From contig NC_092674.1 of assembly GCF_964355755.1 (NCBI RefSeq), positions 2,356,001 through 2,420,000 of the forward strand: a stretch of 64,000 nt of DNA, given 5' to 3'. The position numbers were made by a program, and so were the translations under genes. This DNA comes from Antedon mediterranea. Lineage: Eukaryota; Animalia; Echinodermata. Under the pieces are notes generated by a model. It saw nothing but the letters and a program-made list of their open reading frames with translations, was not told the origin of the DNA and made no database searches. Each line of letters opens with the position of its first letter. Positions within the stretch are counted from its first letter, which is position 1. Positions 1 to 12,464 of the stretch are shown here, in pieces.

Positions 1-1120
1 GAGGTCTTCGAAATCAGTATGAGAATACTGCCCTCTTGAAAATTGAAGGTGTTGAACATCGGGAAGAGACTGAATTCTACATGGGCAAAAGATGTGCATA
101 CGTATACAAGGCAAAAAAGTAATGTTTGTTAAAGTCAACAAATTGAGATTTAAATTAGTTTTCAAGTACAGTAGAACCTCCATTTTACGTACGGTACGGG
201 ACCGAAAGGCGTACGTAAAACAAAGGATTCGTAAAATCAAGGTTGACCTTAAATTGACCCCAAATACGTAGAGATCGTAGCTATAAAGGCTACCCTGTTT
301 GTCTACTTTATTGAACAGCATGCAGGTTGTCACTAGCTAGAGGCCTTGCCTAGACTATTCAGGCCAGGCTAGCAGGCCTAGCAAGATGTGAGGCCTAACT
401 AGAAAAGTACAGTATATACAGGCTGTGAGATGTTTAAATAAAGTGTAAAATATCAATGTTCTTGTATTTTCTATAATCAATAAAAACAGTCGCTGCATTT
501 AATGCACGTGCGTAGCTTGACTCAAACACACAGCAGAATTCCACACACAGCCATGATTGTGGCTTTGTGTGCTTTGTTGTTAAATTGCGCCCTCAATGTA
601 AGAAAATGATGACGTCATCGGTTATTTTAAGCGTACGTAAAATCAAGGGAACGTAAAATCATGGTACGTAAAACACAGGTTCTACTTTAACTTCTAACCT
701 ATATGTATATTTGAATTCTCTATTTCATTTTTTTCAATGTTTTTATTTTGCAGCAAGACCAGAACACCAGGCGCTGATAAGCCAAACAACACAAGAGTAA
801 TCTGGGGTAAAATTACCAGATCTCACGGTAAAAGTGGAGCAGTACGAGCTAAATTTAGGAGAAACTTACCAGCCAAGGCTATAGGCAAACGTATTAGAGT
901 TGTAAGTACATTAGTGTTGGTGTATTTCATTATATTTGTCCATGTTTTAAGCAACAGTGTGCAGAACTGTCGTAAAATACATACACACTTGTACAATGGA
1001 GAATAAGCTTATCAAAAACACCCTAGCCCAAACATAAAAGTCTTGCTGTAAATTGTTCATTTATCGTTAAACTGTATTCATTTTTATTATTTCCAGATGC
1101 TGTATCCATCAAGAATCTAA
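1..1120 (+). CDS. RPL35A: 60S ribosomal protein L35a, 3' part (5' end outside window); exons <1-118, 754-901, 1097-1120
   Basis: Spliced translation [17 protein letters not shown]...[14 protein letters not shown]|NKTRTPG...[36 protein letters not shown]|MLYPSRI* matches eL33/L35a; all introns GT-AG and in frame. Confidence 0.97.
169..687. mobile_element. Tc1/mariner(pogo)-like MITE in RPL35A intron
   Basis: Imperfect TIRs TA|CAGTAGAACCTCCATTTTACGTAC ... GTACGTAAAACACAGGTTCTACT, with subterminal CGTAAAA repeats at both ends; non-coding. Confidence 0.6.
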
Positions 1121-1399
1121 CCGGTTACGATCTGATAAATGGATGTTAGAATTCTCTCCACAAAACACTTTTATTAAAAATATAAATAGCAAAGCCAGCT
1201 CTTTGAGAAACACAATAAATTAAACCACAAATGTGAATATTGTACCAATGTCTCTTTTTGTTTTGTGAACTCTAGTCGTTTAGATAATTTGCAATACTGG
1301 TCATGTGATATGAAAATTCTGCCTTCCAGTTTTATGCTGGTGTTTATCCAGTGTGAACGTACAGTACATCGCCATGGAAACATTAATTTACTCCCCTTA

Positions 1400-1503
1400 A
1401 GCTCTGTCTACATTTAAGTGTGATGTGCCCAAATATAGTAGTGATATGACATGTCCATATATGGGCACATCACATTTTTTGTCAGTGTAGTGTAGAGAGG
1501 GCT
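1400..1503. mobile_element. Family A Harbinger-like MITE, degraded copy
   Basis: TTA|AGCTCTGTCTACA ... GTGTAGAGAGGGCT|TTA with internal CCCAAATATAGTAGTGATATGACATG core. Confidence 0.7.
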
Positions 1504-1858
1504 TTAGTTTTGGAAAGCCATAACTTAAAATACATGTTACAGTACTGTATTTTAATATTTTTTCATTTGAGATGGAATTTATGCAGTGTGAATAAAATTT
1601 AAAATACTGTACTTGCGTACAGTATATGAAGAAACAGCTCTATGTCAACTAGATTCTCAGGTGGTATGGTACATTTTATTGAAATTACTGTACAAAAAGC
1701 ACTACAACTAAAGTGGAAAATTCACACAACTTATCTATTGCACATTTGTGAATAAAGCTTAGTGTATTGTAAAAGTACAGTGTGTCTATATAGAGCACCA
1801 TTTAGCTAACAGTACTGTGTCTGTAAAATGAAAAAATCAGCCACATAATCTTTTATTA

Positions 1859-3467
1859 AAACTAGACATGTAACTCGTCACTTTGACGAGTTTGGTTATC
1901 CGCCGCGCAAGTGGTGCAACATTAACATTAAGGGGATAGGTTGAGGACAAAAGGAAGTGTTCACGTTGGCATTATGACCTGAACTGAAGAATATGATCTG
2001 TTGTTATTGCTGAATTTTATTATTTAAATTCATATATAGTATACACAGTATAATTTGTATCCATATCACATACAGTGTAGAATAGGTGAAATTACGGGAC
2101 CCGCTATTTATTGCAATTTTTAACATGTTGACGGTTTTAAAATGAAACGCGAAGTTAGCAATTCCGAAAGGAAATTATCTCAGCAACAACGTATTAGCAT
2201 GTAGAAGAAATTTGAATACGTTAAATATTGATGCGCGCTCTTTTAAATGTAATGAATTATGACGCAAAAGATGAAAATACGACCTTTTTTATTTAACTTG
2301 CCATATGATGACGTCACAACATCCGATTGGCAACATTTTTACATAATTTTATATCTGCAATCCAATAGCTTCCAGAAAAAGTTGTAATCGTGATTATCAC
2401 ATTTTATTCTTACGAGCTATAACAGATTAAAATTTACTGTAAAGATGAAATTGATGCCATACGTCATTTAAATTTTTAGGCATGATGACGTAAAAAAAAT
2501 TAAAATAGTTTTAACTCATGCGAAAGATAGTTGATTGACCTAGACAATATCAAAATCGGGATGAAAATGGAAAACGGATAAGTGGAGATGCGCTCTATTC
2601 AATGTGATAAGCTATGACGAAAGATACAAAAATCCTAAATTTTATATTCGCGTGGCCATACGATGACGTCACAATGTCCGGTTAGCCATATTAATACATG
2701 ATCCGATATCTACAACTCATCTACTTCCAGAATATGTCATCCACAAAAATTTGACCGTCTAGTTTAGAAATTACGACTGTTTAAAAAAAGGCATATTTTA
2801 AACGAATTTTTTAACCTTTTCATAAAAAACGCGCGCAAATTGTCCAATTCGACGTGCTCGTATGACGTATCTTTAAGTCGAAATTGTTAAAAATTTGGTA
2901 AAATTACATGAAAAGGCTGGAAAAACATAAATCACGCGAAAAAAATACGTTTTCAATGCTACGTGCGCACCGCACACGTAAAAATGTGCGCACGCGTGGG
3001 AATTTTTTACATGCTTAAAACGACATGAAACGCGTAGAAAGTTGATTATAAATTAGTTTCGCGCATTTTGAAATTTTAAATGCGCGTGCGCGCGTAACTT
3101 TGTGTAAAACACGCAATTTTTTTTCAACAGAAAGTTAGCGCATGATATAAATTAAACTTTTGCAAAGTTTCAAGTTGAAATGTTATTTGGTTTTCGACAT
3201 ATGTTAAATACGAGAAAATCGTTAAATCGCGCGTACGTCACGTTGCGCAATTGTAAACATCATGAAAAGCTTCGCTTGACGACGTTACATAAATGTCAAA
3301 ATGTTAACATAGTTAACAAAATGTTATGTTTGCAAGTTTCAGAGAAAAGCGTTACACAAAAATCATACAGAAAGAAAGAAGAAGAATAAAAAGTTGATGA
3401 TGATGATGATGATGATTTCGTACAATCACAAGAGGTTATCCTGCAACTTCGTTGCGGATAACCAAAA
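1859..3467 (-). mobile_element. Non-autonomous Helentron/HINE (DINE-1-like) element
   Basis: On minus strand: 5' TTTT-GGTTATCCGC subTIR with nearby inverted GGATAACC, then (ATC)n/(TTC)n microsatellite. 3' end has subTIR GCGGATAACC, hairpin ACTCGTCA-AAG-TGACGAGT and terminal CTAGTTT. CpG-rich relative to flanks. Confidence 0.75.
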
Positions 3468-4314
3468 AGCATACAAACACATGAATAGACCACAATACAG
3501 TAATATGGTCTAATCAAGTAACTGATAGAGTAAATCTACTGGATATACACATTTTAGGTTATTATTACATGAATTAAAATACAGTAAAAATAAAATCAAA
3601 CCGCCCTCTACCAAGTAATGGTATCGCACAGCGGTAGGAAAGACAATTATTTATAAAACAGCAAAATCACAAAAATCATAACTAAGACATTGTATATTAA
3701 TGTTCATTTTGCAAATATTCCTAAAACAAGACATTTAAAAAACCTTTAAATGAAAATCAAGCAAAAATGAAACGGTCAATTTAGCACAAAAGATGTGATC
3801 AATTACAACTGATAAAATCCTATAAAAAACATGCTGACAATTAGCAACAATACATAAATCACATTCATCCTGTTGATACATTTGCAAAACAGTCCTGAGT
3901 TTAGCATTTTGCTACAATTATAGCAGATATCAAAGACATTTGGTTAAATGACAACAGTAAATTACACATTTGGAATACATTATCTAAAACCTCACTTTAT
4001 ATATATATTGTACAGTTAAAATACAGTACAGTAGTAAGTTCTGTATAAATACACACTATCAAAATCAGTATGTAAAAATATCAACGTCAGTGCATAATTA
4101 AAATACATTTAAAATCTAGCATGGTTACTATACAAATATTATAAAAGACATTGGGTCGAAAATAGTATTGAATATTAAACTAGATTCCTCTAATAAATGC
4201 CATGTCATATTTATATAGATATTACTTATACTATGTTTAAGTATGTATCTTCAAACATAACCACTTAAGGGTGACAATTGGTCTTTTACTTGAAGAAATT
4301 AAAATGAAAAGAAA

Positions 4315-5354
4315 CTAACTTGTATAAAATAAGATATCGGACGAAGGAGGAATGGATCTTTGAAAAAAACTTTTATTGTACCAAAAGAATTTGCTGTCGG
4401 TTTCAACGTTATATTCAACGGTTTGATTAACGCCTTCATGTAACTCTGTTGGAACTTTACTCTTTTCAACTCGGCGAATAATTATCAGTTTCTTTTTGAT
4501 GTTACCATTACTGTCGTGCGTTAGTATTTTGCGTAGAAAGCTGTAATCCTCTTGGATGTATTTATTGGACAAGATGACGATGAGACGTGGGCAGAAGCTG
4601 ACCGCCCCTTGAGTGATGCGTGGCTTGGAACGTAGTGCTTTGTAGTCGGACTGTTGGACAATGTACAGATGCGATTCTATGGTACGGAACTTGTCGCCAA
4701 GTTCTTTTGCAAGGGCTTTGTCCTCCATGTTGTTACAATGAAGAATAAACACATCGCAACAATTTGAAACACGTTCATTACCTGTAAATATAAATTTATT
4801 TTTATGGATCACATGTTACAGTTAACGTGTATAAGTTTACGCTATGTTTCTTGTTTAACATGTGTACAAATTTACACTATGTTTCTTGTTTAACATGTGT
4901 ACAAGTTTACACTATGTTTCTTGTTTAACATGTAGTCAACAAGTTTACACTATGTTTCTTGTTTAACATGTGTACAACTTTACACTATGTTTCTTGTTTA
5001 ACAGGTGTACAAGTTTACACTAGCTTACACTAACTTTAGCACCAAACATACCTTGTTTATGCGACTTTAAAGCCTTCTCCACATCACGTACAAAATCTCT
5101 ATTTTCTGATACATCACTAGCGGCAGGATCTTGAGTAGGTTCCGCATCAGCATTTCTGCCAAAGCACTCTGTAATGGTGTAGTAATTAGTGTTTCACACA
5201 AATATATATTGATTGCACTTTTGAGTAGTACAAAATATATTGGGTAACAAAATATAAACGCACAAAATATAAAAACATTGATTGAGTAATATATTAATAA
5301 AAATAGCAGTAGTAATTGAATGACGATTCATCACTTACTAGAGCACAAAGACAT
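4315..5354 (-). CDS. Small TIR-domain-only protein (~199 aa); coding exons 5354-5339, 5168-5052, 4781-4315
   Basis: Spliced ORF is 600 nt with GT-AG introns in frame: MSLCSKCFGRNADAEP...GNERVSNCCDVFILH...CPRLIVILSNKYIQED...KKKLIIIRR..VPTEL...FFW. Box1-like DVFILH, betaC-alphaC RLIVILSNKY, betaD KLIII and box3 FW resemble TIR motifs. Confidence 0.75.
4828..5021. repeat. 35-bp minisatellite, ~5 copies, in TIR gene intron
   Basis: Unit AAGTTTACACTATGTTTCTTGTTTAACATGTGTAC. Confidence 0.9.
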
Positions 5355-5799
5355 GGCTTGCTGGATTTCTTGATACTGGACTGGAGTCTAAAAAAATGTA
5401 ATTTTTCCCCAAATACTGCAGATTGCTGATTGGAATATAAAATAATAGAAATGAAATACATAGTACAGTATTATTAAAAATAATTATATCCCAAACAAAT
5501 TCGAATACAAAAGGGCCTAGCTAGGCTCCTACACAATACAGTAAGTAATACAGTATAACTCTATGCATGTAGGCCCTAGTGGCAGTGCAGCGCCACTACT
5601 ACTAGCCGCACCTTTCTTTTTTAGGATAGCTAGCCTATAAAACTCTAGGCCTAGCTAGGCCTAACTAGGCTACTAGCCTAAAGGCTATATTTATAAAAAC
5701 ACACACTCGTTCTGATCGTCTAACATTTAATATTCTACCGTTTCTAACAAATATCCAATAAATCACATGCTTACCTTATGATCTGAAAATACCGTAAAA

Positions 5800-5809
5800 G
5801 GGAATTCCC
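5800..5809. promoter_or_regulatory. Palindromic NF-kB site at the 5' end of the TIR gene
   Basis: GGGAATTCCC matches GGGRNWYYCC; lies 26 bp from a minus-strand donor (GTAAG at 5774-5770) of a probable 5'UTR exon. Confidence 0.55.
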
Positions 5810-6676
5810 GGAGCCTAAAAAAACATATTTGATTTGAAAAGAGCTCTCACACCACGTCTTTTATTTATTTTTCCAGCGTCGCGGCGACTCTCGTCGTCAC
5901 GCTCTAGCTGCTGCTCTCTAGTGAAAAAGTCGCACCCATACCGTCATATTGTGTACAAACGCGTTACATTGCGTTAACAAAAAACTATTGAATAAAGGCT
6001 CAGGCTTCAGTTTATTATGAATGTTGAAAAATTTAATAACAAACATTTACCTTTTTTTAAATATAGTTATTTATTAATCGTTTAACCTAATAGCACTTTT
6101 GGATGTTATGGTAGCGGTTCATTGTATGCGGCCACTATAAAAATAAAAGTTATGTATTATAATTATTAAAAATAAAATGCTTATAATGATCCAAAACTAT
6201 TTTATACGGGACATATTTTATACTGGACAATATAAAGACTATATATAATATTTCCAGAAAATATTTATGCAAATTCTTATAAAATAATCTAAATTTAAAT
6301 TGTATTAAAAAATATATTTATAAAATAAAAATTTCATATTAACAATCTTATACTGCACTGTAATTCAGCTAGTTACTTTGAAATACTGCAATTTATTGTA
6401 AAAAATATGCAAAATGAAATCCAAAATAAATCAAGTTAAATTGCACCAGCTGTTATTTACAACAAATCGAGGTGAGATTTAATAAAATAACATATTTGGA
6501 ATTCAAATTCTAAAAAATTCACTTTATAATGATCACTACATCCTCTATCAACACACTAAATGTCTAGATTGTAACACTAAATGTCTAGATGTGACAGAAT
6601 TTTTGGTTAAAAACTAAAACAAGACCTTGAAAAAAATCATGCATTTAAATGAGAATGCCAAATGAATTGAGTGAAT

Positions 6677-6730
6677 ACTACCAGGGCGTGGTTACTACCA
6701 GGGCGTGGTTACTACCAGGGCGTGGTTACT
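6677..6730. repeat. 17-bp tandem repeat x3
   Basis: ACTACCAGGGCGTGGTT repeated three times. Confidence 0.85.
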
Positions 6731-6941
6731 TTCATTCAATCTGCACACTATCAAACTTTATGTCACAAAAAGATTTGATGTGCCCAAATATGAATATGAT
6801 GGTGTCATTTCACTACCATATTTGGGCATATCACCACCATATTTGGGCACAAACTAGTTCGTGTAGACAGAGCTTTAGTAACGTAAAGGTAAAGTAATAT
6901 AGACCAATCAGGTGGCCTGAATTTAGGTGAATGGGTAAGAA

Positions 6942-9900
6942 CTAAAAGAATAACAAGTCATTTGGTCTGATGATGTTGGCGAGAAGTAGTATAACTAACG
7001 TAAACGATCCAACCACAAATCCAATACAAATGTATGCCTGCTTAATTGGAAGACAGAATAGTTTAACCTGAAAAAAATATAAAATACATATGGTATTTAA
7101 CTTTGCTTGAACTTTTACCATATTGCTTGAACTTTTGACCATATTGCTTGAACTTTTGACCATATTGCTTGAACTTTTGACCATATTGCATGAACTTTTG
7201 ACCATATTGCTTGAACTTTGACCATATTGCTTGTACAGTACTTAATATACGTATCAAATTTCTTATTTTTGCCTGTTATACTGTGTGTTTCACCAATTAG
7301 TTGCTAAACTACAGTATATTTCTTAGACAACATACCTTTAACTTAGCACTTGTTATAAACAGTAGAAATGAGTCCAATTCAGCTTGCGTGCTGGAATGAT
7401 AACCAAACACTCTGACCTCATGACCTTCTTGCTGGTACATATCACATGTAGCATTAACTCTAGCTGCCTAAATAATAACATGGAAGGATAAACAAAGCAA
7501 TGGAATGGTCTTGTTATTACACTATAGGTCAATAGTGCCTCCGATAAGACTTATTTGTTTTTTTGGTTTAAACTATGCTTATTAAGCTCTGTCTACACTA
7601 TCGAACTACTGACAAAAAGAAGTCTGATCTGCCCTGTAGTGATATGTCCAAATATGGTAGTGATATGACATCATTATGTCCATATATGGGCACATCACAT
7701 TTTGTTGTCACATAAAGTTTGATGGTGTAGACAGAGCTTTGGAATGAAATAAATCCGTGTACTTACTTGATACAATGGGAATATCATAATGACGAACCAA
7801 ATAAAGCAATATAAACACCAGTAAATCCAAACCATCGTTTTGCGCTCACCATGATTATTGATAAGAATACTAAGTCCTGAACACACAATACAACAATGAG
7901 GTGTTATGTTCATTTGTAATAGCAATCAGTAATATAGTCACCATCTTTTGGATAGTCAAGCAATACTATTTATTTTACAAAAGCTCTGTCTACGCTATTA
8001 AATATAGTAGTGATATGCCAAAATATAGTAGTGATATGCCCAAATATAGGAGTTGATATGCCCAAAATATAGGAGTTGATATGCCCAAATATAGGAGTGA
8101 TATGACATCATCATGTCCATATATGGGCACATCACATTTTTTTGTCACATAAGCATGTAAAGTTGCACTTTTTTGTCATGTGAAAAAATCCAGACATCCG
8201 ACAGGATGTGAACCAAGAACTCTGTAATCAGTTCTTCAGAATACCTTGTGTAATAACGCACCAAATTAATTAAATGGTAAATTTAGTAAAGTAAAAATTA
8301 CCAACAACAAAGCGAAGAGCAAAATAAAATATACATAGTGACGTCATGCTTCCGATTGGTCCATTTAGTCTGGTTACGGACTGTTTAACTCTCAGAATAT
8401 CCTGAAAACACACACAAAAGGGCATTAATAACATCAAAACAAGTAATTGGATAACTACTTATTAAGTTTCAGGCACGACAAAATAAAGTAAATTTGTGAC
8501 GGTGTCAAACCATCCTTTTAAGTCTTAAAAGGATGGTTTACATAGTTACAAATTTACTTTATTTTGTCGTGCTTGAAATGAAATAAATAAATATCAAAAA
8601 CAACTATATATTTGTTTTTAACAACAACAAATCTGTCAGGGGACACCTGGATATGATTCTGTACACACAAGTTGGTCTACAAAAAGTCCTAGAACTAGAT
8701 GAGAGGATTTGAACCATGGACCATGAGATTGGTAGGGAAACAGCTTACCCATCCAACCATGAGGTTTATCAAAAATAGCAAGAGAAACGTCATTGCACAA
8801 GGCAAGACAATGGGAAGGGTTTGGGAGCAATAGCATCAACGTATAACAACTTTATATACTGGTGGTGGCGCTATTGCTTTCACTTCCCATCATGCATCGC
8901 TCACGCTATTTGCGATAAACCTTTTAACTACAACCCCACTCAACAAATATATTTGTTGCATTTATTAAAAATCCATTGAATATCTATAAAATAAACAAGA
9001 GCAATAACATACATTCATAATGGTTTTAAGCTCAGAAGACTTCTCCTGCATTCTGGTACCAATTATTTTCATGTAGTACATGATGACCTCACACTGGACA
9101 GTGAAATTGACAACAACTGCAGTGTCAATCAAGTGTTGCAGTGTCTTCCCTAGAAGTTCAATGACCAGCAGAACAATGGTCATACTATTGCTGGAAACAA
9201 AATCATCATTATTACATATAGAATATAATCATATACTATCCATCAGACATTTTTGGGGTACCAGGTTTCCCCAATTTGTATTAATGGACAGAAAGCCAAT
9301 TAATGCAGCAACAACATCAACATCAGGCAAGGCCTATAGCTAGCGTACGATGTTTGTACGTTACTGCTGTTTACCAGCCAGGCCTACAAAACTAAACCTA
9401 GCTAGGCCAAAAGATCGTCCGCAAGAGGTATTATAATTTATTAATTACCTACTACTATGACTGGGTTTCCAGGTAGACTTTTTATATGTAAAAACAGGTA
9501 AATAAAACCCATTGATGCCAACAGTTGAAAATGTCCACAGTGCGCCACAGACAAGAATTAATCTACATAAAATAAAAATTGTTTTTATATATTTAGAAAA
9601 AATCATGAATTTTTTGCCCTACTTATGGCCAAACTCTCTCAAGTTGTGTATGCATAATATATAAAGTGGAAATCATTATTGTTGTTGTTACTTTTAATGT
9701 GACTTTTACATAACACACTATACTGTACTGTACTTTATTATGATGTGTCTACACTATCAAACTAGTTTAACAAAAAAAGTGTGATATGCCCAAATATGGT
9801 AGAGATATGACATCATCATGTCCATATATGGGCACATCACATTTTTTTGTCACATAAAGTTTGATAGTGTAGACAGAGTTTAGACTGTCTGCACAACCAC

Positions 9901-11095
9901 TAGCTTTTCACCTTAATGATTTGATAATAGCACCTTGCGTCACACTGCCACGCTGCATTGGATTAGCCTGCAGAAACACTTGCTCAATCAAAGCATAGAT
10001 CTGCTCATTCTCCTGGATTCTAATGTACCAAAAGCCATACAAGAACACCAGAAAGTGCAAGATGTTTGGCAGGATAGAGATGGAGAAAATATCACGACAA
10101 TATTCCCTTTTATGGGCGTGTTCCAGGTCTGTCAGATTGACTGATTGGAGATCCTGAAAACAATTTTATATCTTAAGCTCTGTCTACACTATCAAACTTT
10201 ATGTGACAAAAAAATGTGATTTGCCCATATATGGACATGATGATGTCATATCAATACCATATTTATGCATATCACTTCCATATTTAGGCTCATTTCATTT
10301 TTTTTTTGTCAAACTAGTTTGATAGTGTAGACAGAGCTTTAGAGTGAATACTTAGTATTTATACAAGCCTGTTTAGAGGTTTGACTATTTTACTATTAAC
10401 TATGTATGTCAACTTAAAAGGTATAGTTTAACTTACAATTATTCGACTCTTAAGAACAACAGTGGGACTTGTACAAACAAGAACACTGTACATGTAAGAA
10501 AAAAGCAACAACAATGTGATAATGCAAGGATAGAAAACATTCCAGACAGTATATCGGCAAGTACGTAGCACTCGATCTCTTGCAAATGGCCGCCAACTAA
10601 TCTGAAATTACAAAATTGAAATAAAATTATGGTAAAAAATTGATTTGTTGATACTGTGGTTGAGAAGTCATATTAACAAAGCAACAAACTTACAAAAATC
10701 AAAAGGCGCCAATAAGGTTTTAGAACTTGTTGGTTGCATCGCCTAAGAATCCCTGTAGTATAGAAGTATTCACCACTTCGTTCAATATCTGAAATCTGAA
10801 AAAAAATAAAATAAATACAAATTGTTTTTTCAATGCTCTATTAACAATTTATTGCTTTTTAAAAATGTTTGGAGTAGTTCTTGGTCCTCTAGGAGATCTC
10901 CTTCCATTGATAAGTACCTGTAATGTAGTTTTCCAGTTGAAATGGACTATTGAACTTCAGCTAATAAAATATAGAGGCAAGACGTATTACCTCTACCCTG
11001 AGAAGGCTATCTTGTGAATTTAAGTATTCAGCACGGTTTAGTTCCTGGTGAACAGAAGGGTCTTCAGACAGGCTATTAGTATCCATTCTAGACAT
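6942..11095 (-). CDS. Gustatory-receptor-like 7TM protein, GrlHz-like (~457 aa); exons 11095-10991, 10795-10694, 10601-10437, 10153-9912, 9562-9449, 9190-9013, 8401-8302, 7876-7767, 7467-7336, 7067-6942
   Basis: Ten GT-AG exons join into a 1374-nt ORF with ~7 hydrophobic segments. N-terminal LKPYWRLLIFISWRPF and C-terminal PLYQAARVNATC...GHEVRVFGY..TQAELDSFLLFITSAKLKVKLFCLPI motifs, plus short phase-0 C-terminal exons, resemble the GR/GRL (7TMIC) superfamily. Family call is from recall, not a search. Confidence 0.75.
7105..7232. repeat. 21-bp minisatellite, ~6 copies, in last intron of GRL gene
   Basis: Unit ACCATATTGCTTGAACTTTTG; explains the repetitive ORFs MVKSSSN/KFKQYGQ. Confidence 0.9.
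7585..7738. mobile_element. Family A Harbinger-like MITE
   Basis: TIRs AGCTCTGTCTACACTATC / GATGGTGTAGACAGAGCT, TTA on the left flank. Confidence 0.8.
8640..8765 (-). mobile_element. tRNA-derived SINE remnant
   Basis: Minus strand TGGTTGGATGG (A box) ... GGTTCAAATCC (B box) followed by CTAGTTCTAGG, similar to the SINE head at 40520-40588. Confidence 0.5.
10176..10338. mobile_element. Family A Harbinger-like MITE
   Basis: TTA|AGCTCTGTCTACACTATCAAACT ... AGTTTGATAGTGTAGACAGAGCT|TTA. Confidence 0.85.
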
Positions 11096-11749
11096 TACAA
11101 TCTATCAAATTATCAAGCTGCAAAAGCAATATACTGATGGTCCTACCCTGCAAAATGGTCCAGTATAATTATCCTGCAAAAAAGGTTAAAAACTTGTTTA
11201 AATTCTAAAATAACATAGCCTGGTAAGTATTGGTGGTGCTTATGATGGACCACATCACATACTTGATGGTACAGTATTTGATTTTACAGAAAATGTGGAT
11301 AAAAAAGACGAGAAATTCTACATTTTGCAACCAAACGAATTACAGTATTAAATATAAATTAAAAACAAAGAAATGCCAACATAATTAATAATATATTATT
11401 GATAGTGATACACAAACCAACATAAAAGTAAGCAAATTTTTTTTAAATCATTCAAACTAGGTTGTTCTGTTCAGGAAATAATACACTAGCCTATTATTAG
11501 TTCATGTTGTTGTCGGGATTTTCGTTGTGTTTGTAGGCCGCCTAGTAGGCCTACTACCTACACTTATACAGTATTAGGCCTAGGCCTAGCTAGGCTAGAT
11601 CAAATGTTTATTTGGGCCTAACTCATGATTGAAAATCTATAATTATAAAATATGTTGCGGACCAATGTTTTACTCATAAATAAATAATACTATTGTGTAA
11701 GAAAACCAAATAATTTATTTGAAGGGAAGAAAACATGGAAACAAGCATG

Positions 11750-12070
11750 AGCGCTGCCATCTTTAATTTAAATGGCCATGTAAAAACGAACAAAAATTAT
11801 TTCATGATAATGTAAACAAAGGCTACAAATTGTCCAAATGTTATCACTTTTAAAAGTAATAAAATACCATAAATGTAAAGATTTATTTTCAATAATTTCA
11901 GAAAATCACTTTTTAAATAAATATAATATATATGTGGTTATTATAAAATCTTAAGAAATAAGACAAATTGCTTGGTTTGAAATAAGCCAATCAGAACGAA
12001 CAATTCACGCGTCCAAGAAAATTATGTAAATTAACTTGTAGAAGGCGTCAAATTCGAATGCAGCTCAACA
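11750..12070. promoter_or_regulatory. Probable bidirectional promoter of the GRL gene and CCNB3
   Basis: YY1-like AAGATGGCAGC on minus (~11752-11762), CCAAT box AGCCAATCAG (~11985), CHR-like TTTGAA (~11976) and GGCGTCAAATTCGAA CDE/CHR-like element (~12044-12058), as found in G2/M genes. Confidence 0.55.
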
Positions 12071-12464
12071 ACAGGACAGTACTGTGCTGAAAGTTTGTCG
12101 GAAACAGACGTTATTTTTGGTAAATATGTAACAAGTAGTTACTTGTTGATTAACGATATAATAGTTTATATGAATGTGTACTTTTATGTGGTATTTATTG
12201 GCTTGAATCTTGTAAATAATCACGACTACTTTTTAGCGGAAGCCACACATCGATTCCACCACCATCGTTCCGTCCCCGTGTGTGTGGCTTTCGCTGGCCA
12301 ATCTGATTCGGGTTTGGAAGAAGAAAGAGGAATCCGAATCGTCAGCTGTTGTTTGTATTTGGTGTATGCACGGCAGTGGTATTTATTTTTAGCCAGCTTT
12401 TCAAAAACTAAAATGAATAAACATTTTAAATTTCAGATTTTCAATTCGCCCAACAACAACAATC

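Noticed and set aside
935-1060. H/ACA snoRNA in the RPL35A intron
   Set aside because: One plausible hairpin and an ANANNA motif, but no convincing second hairpin with a correctly placed ACA.
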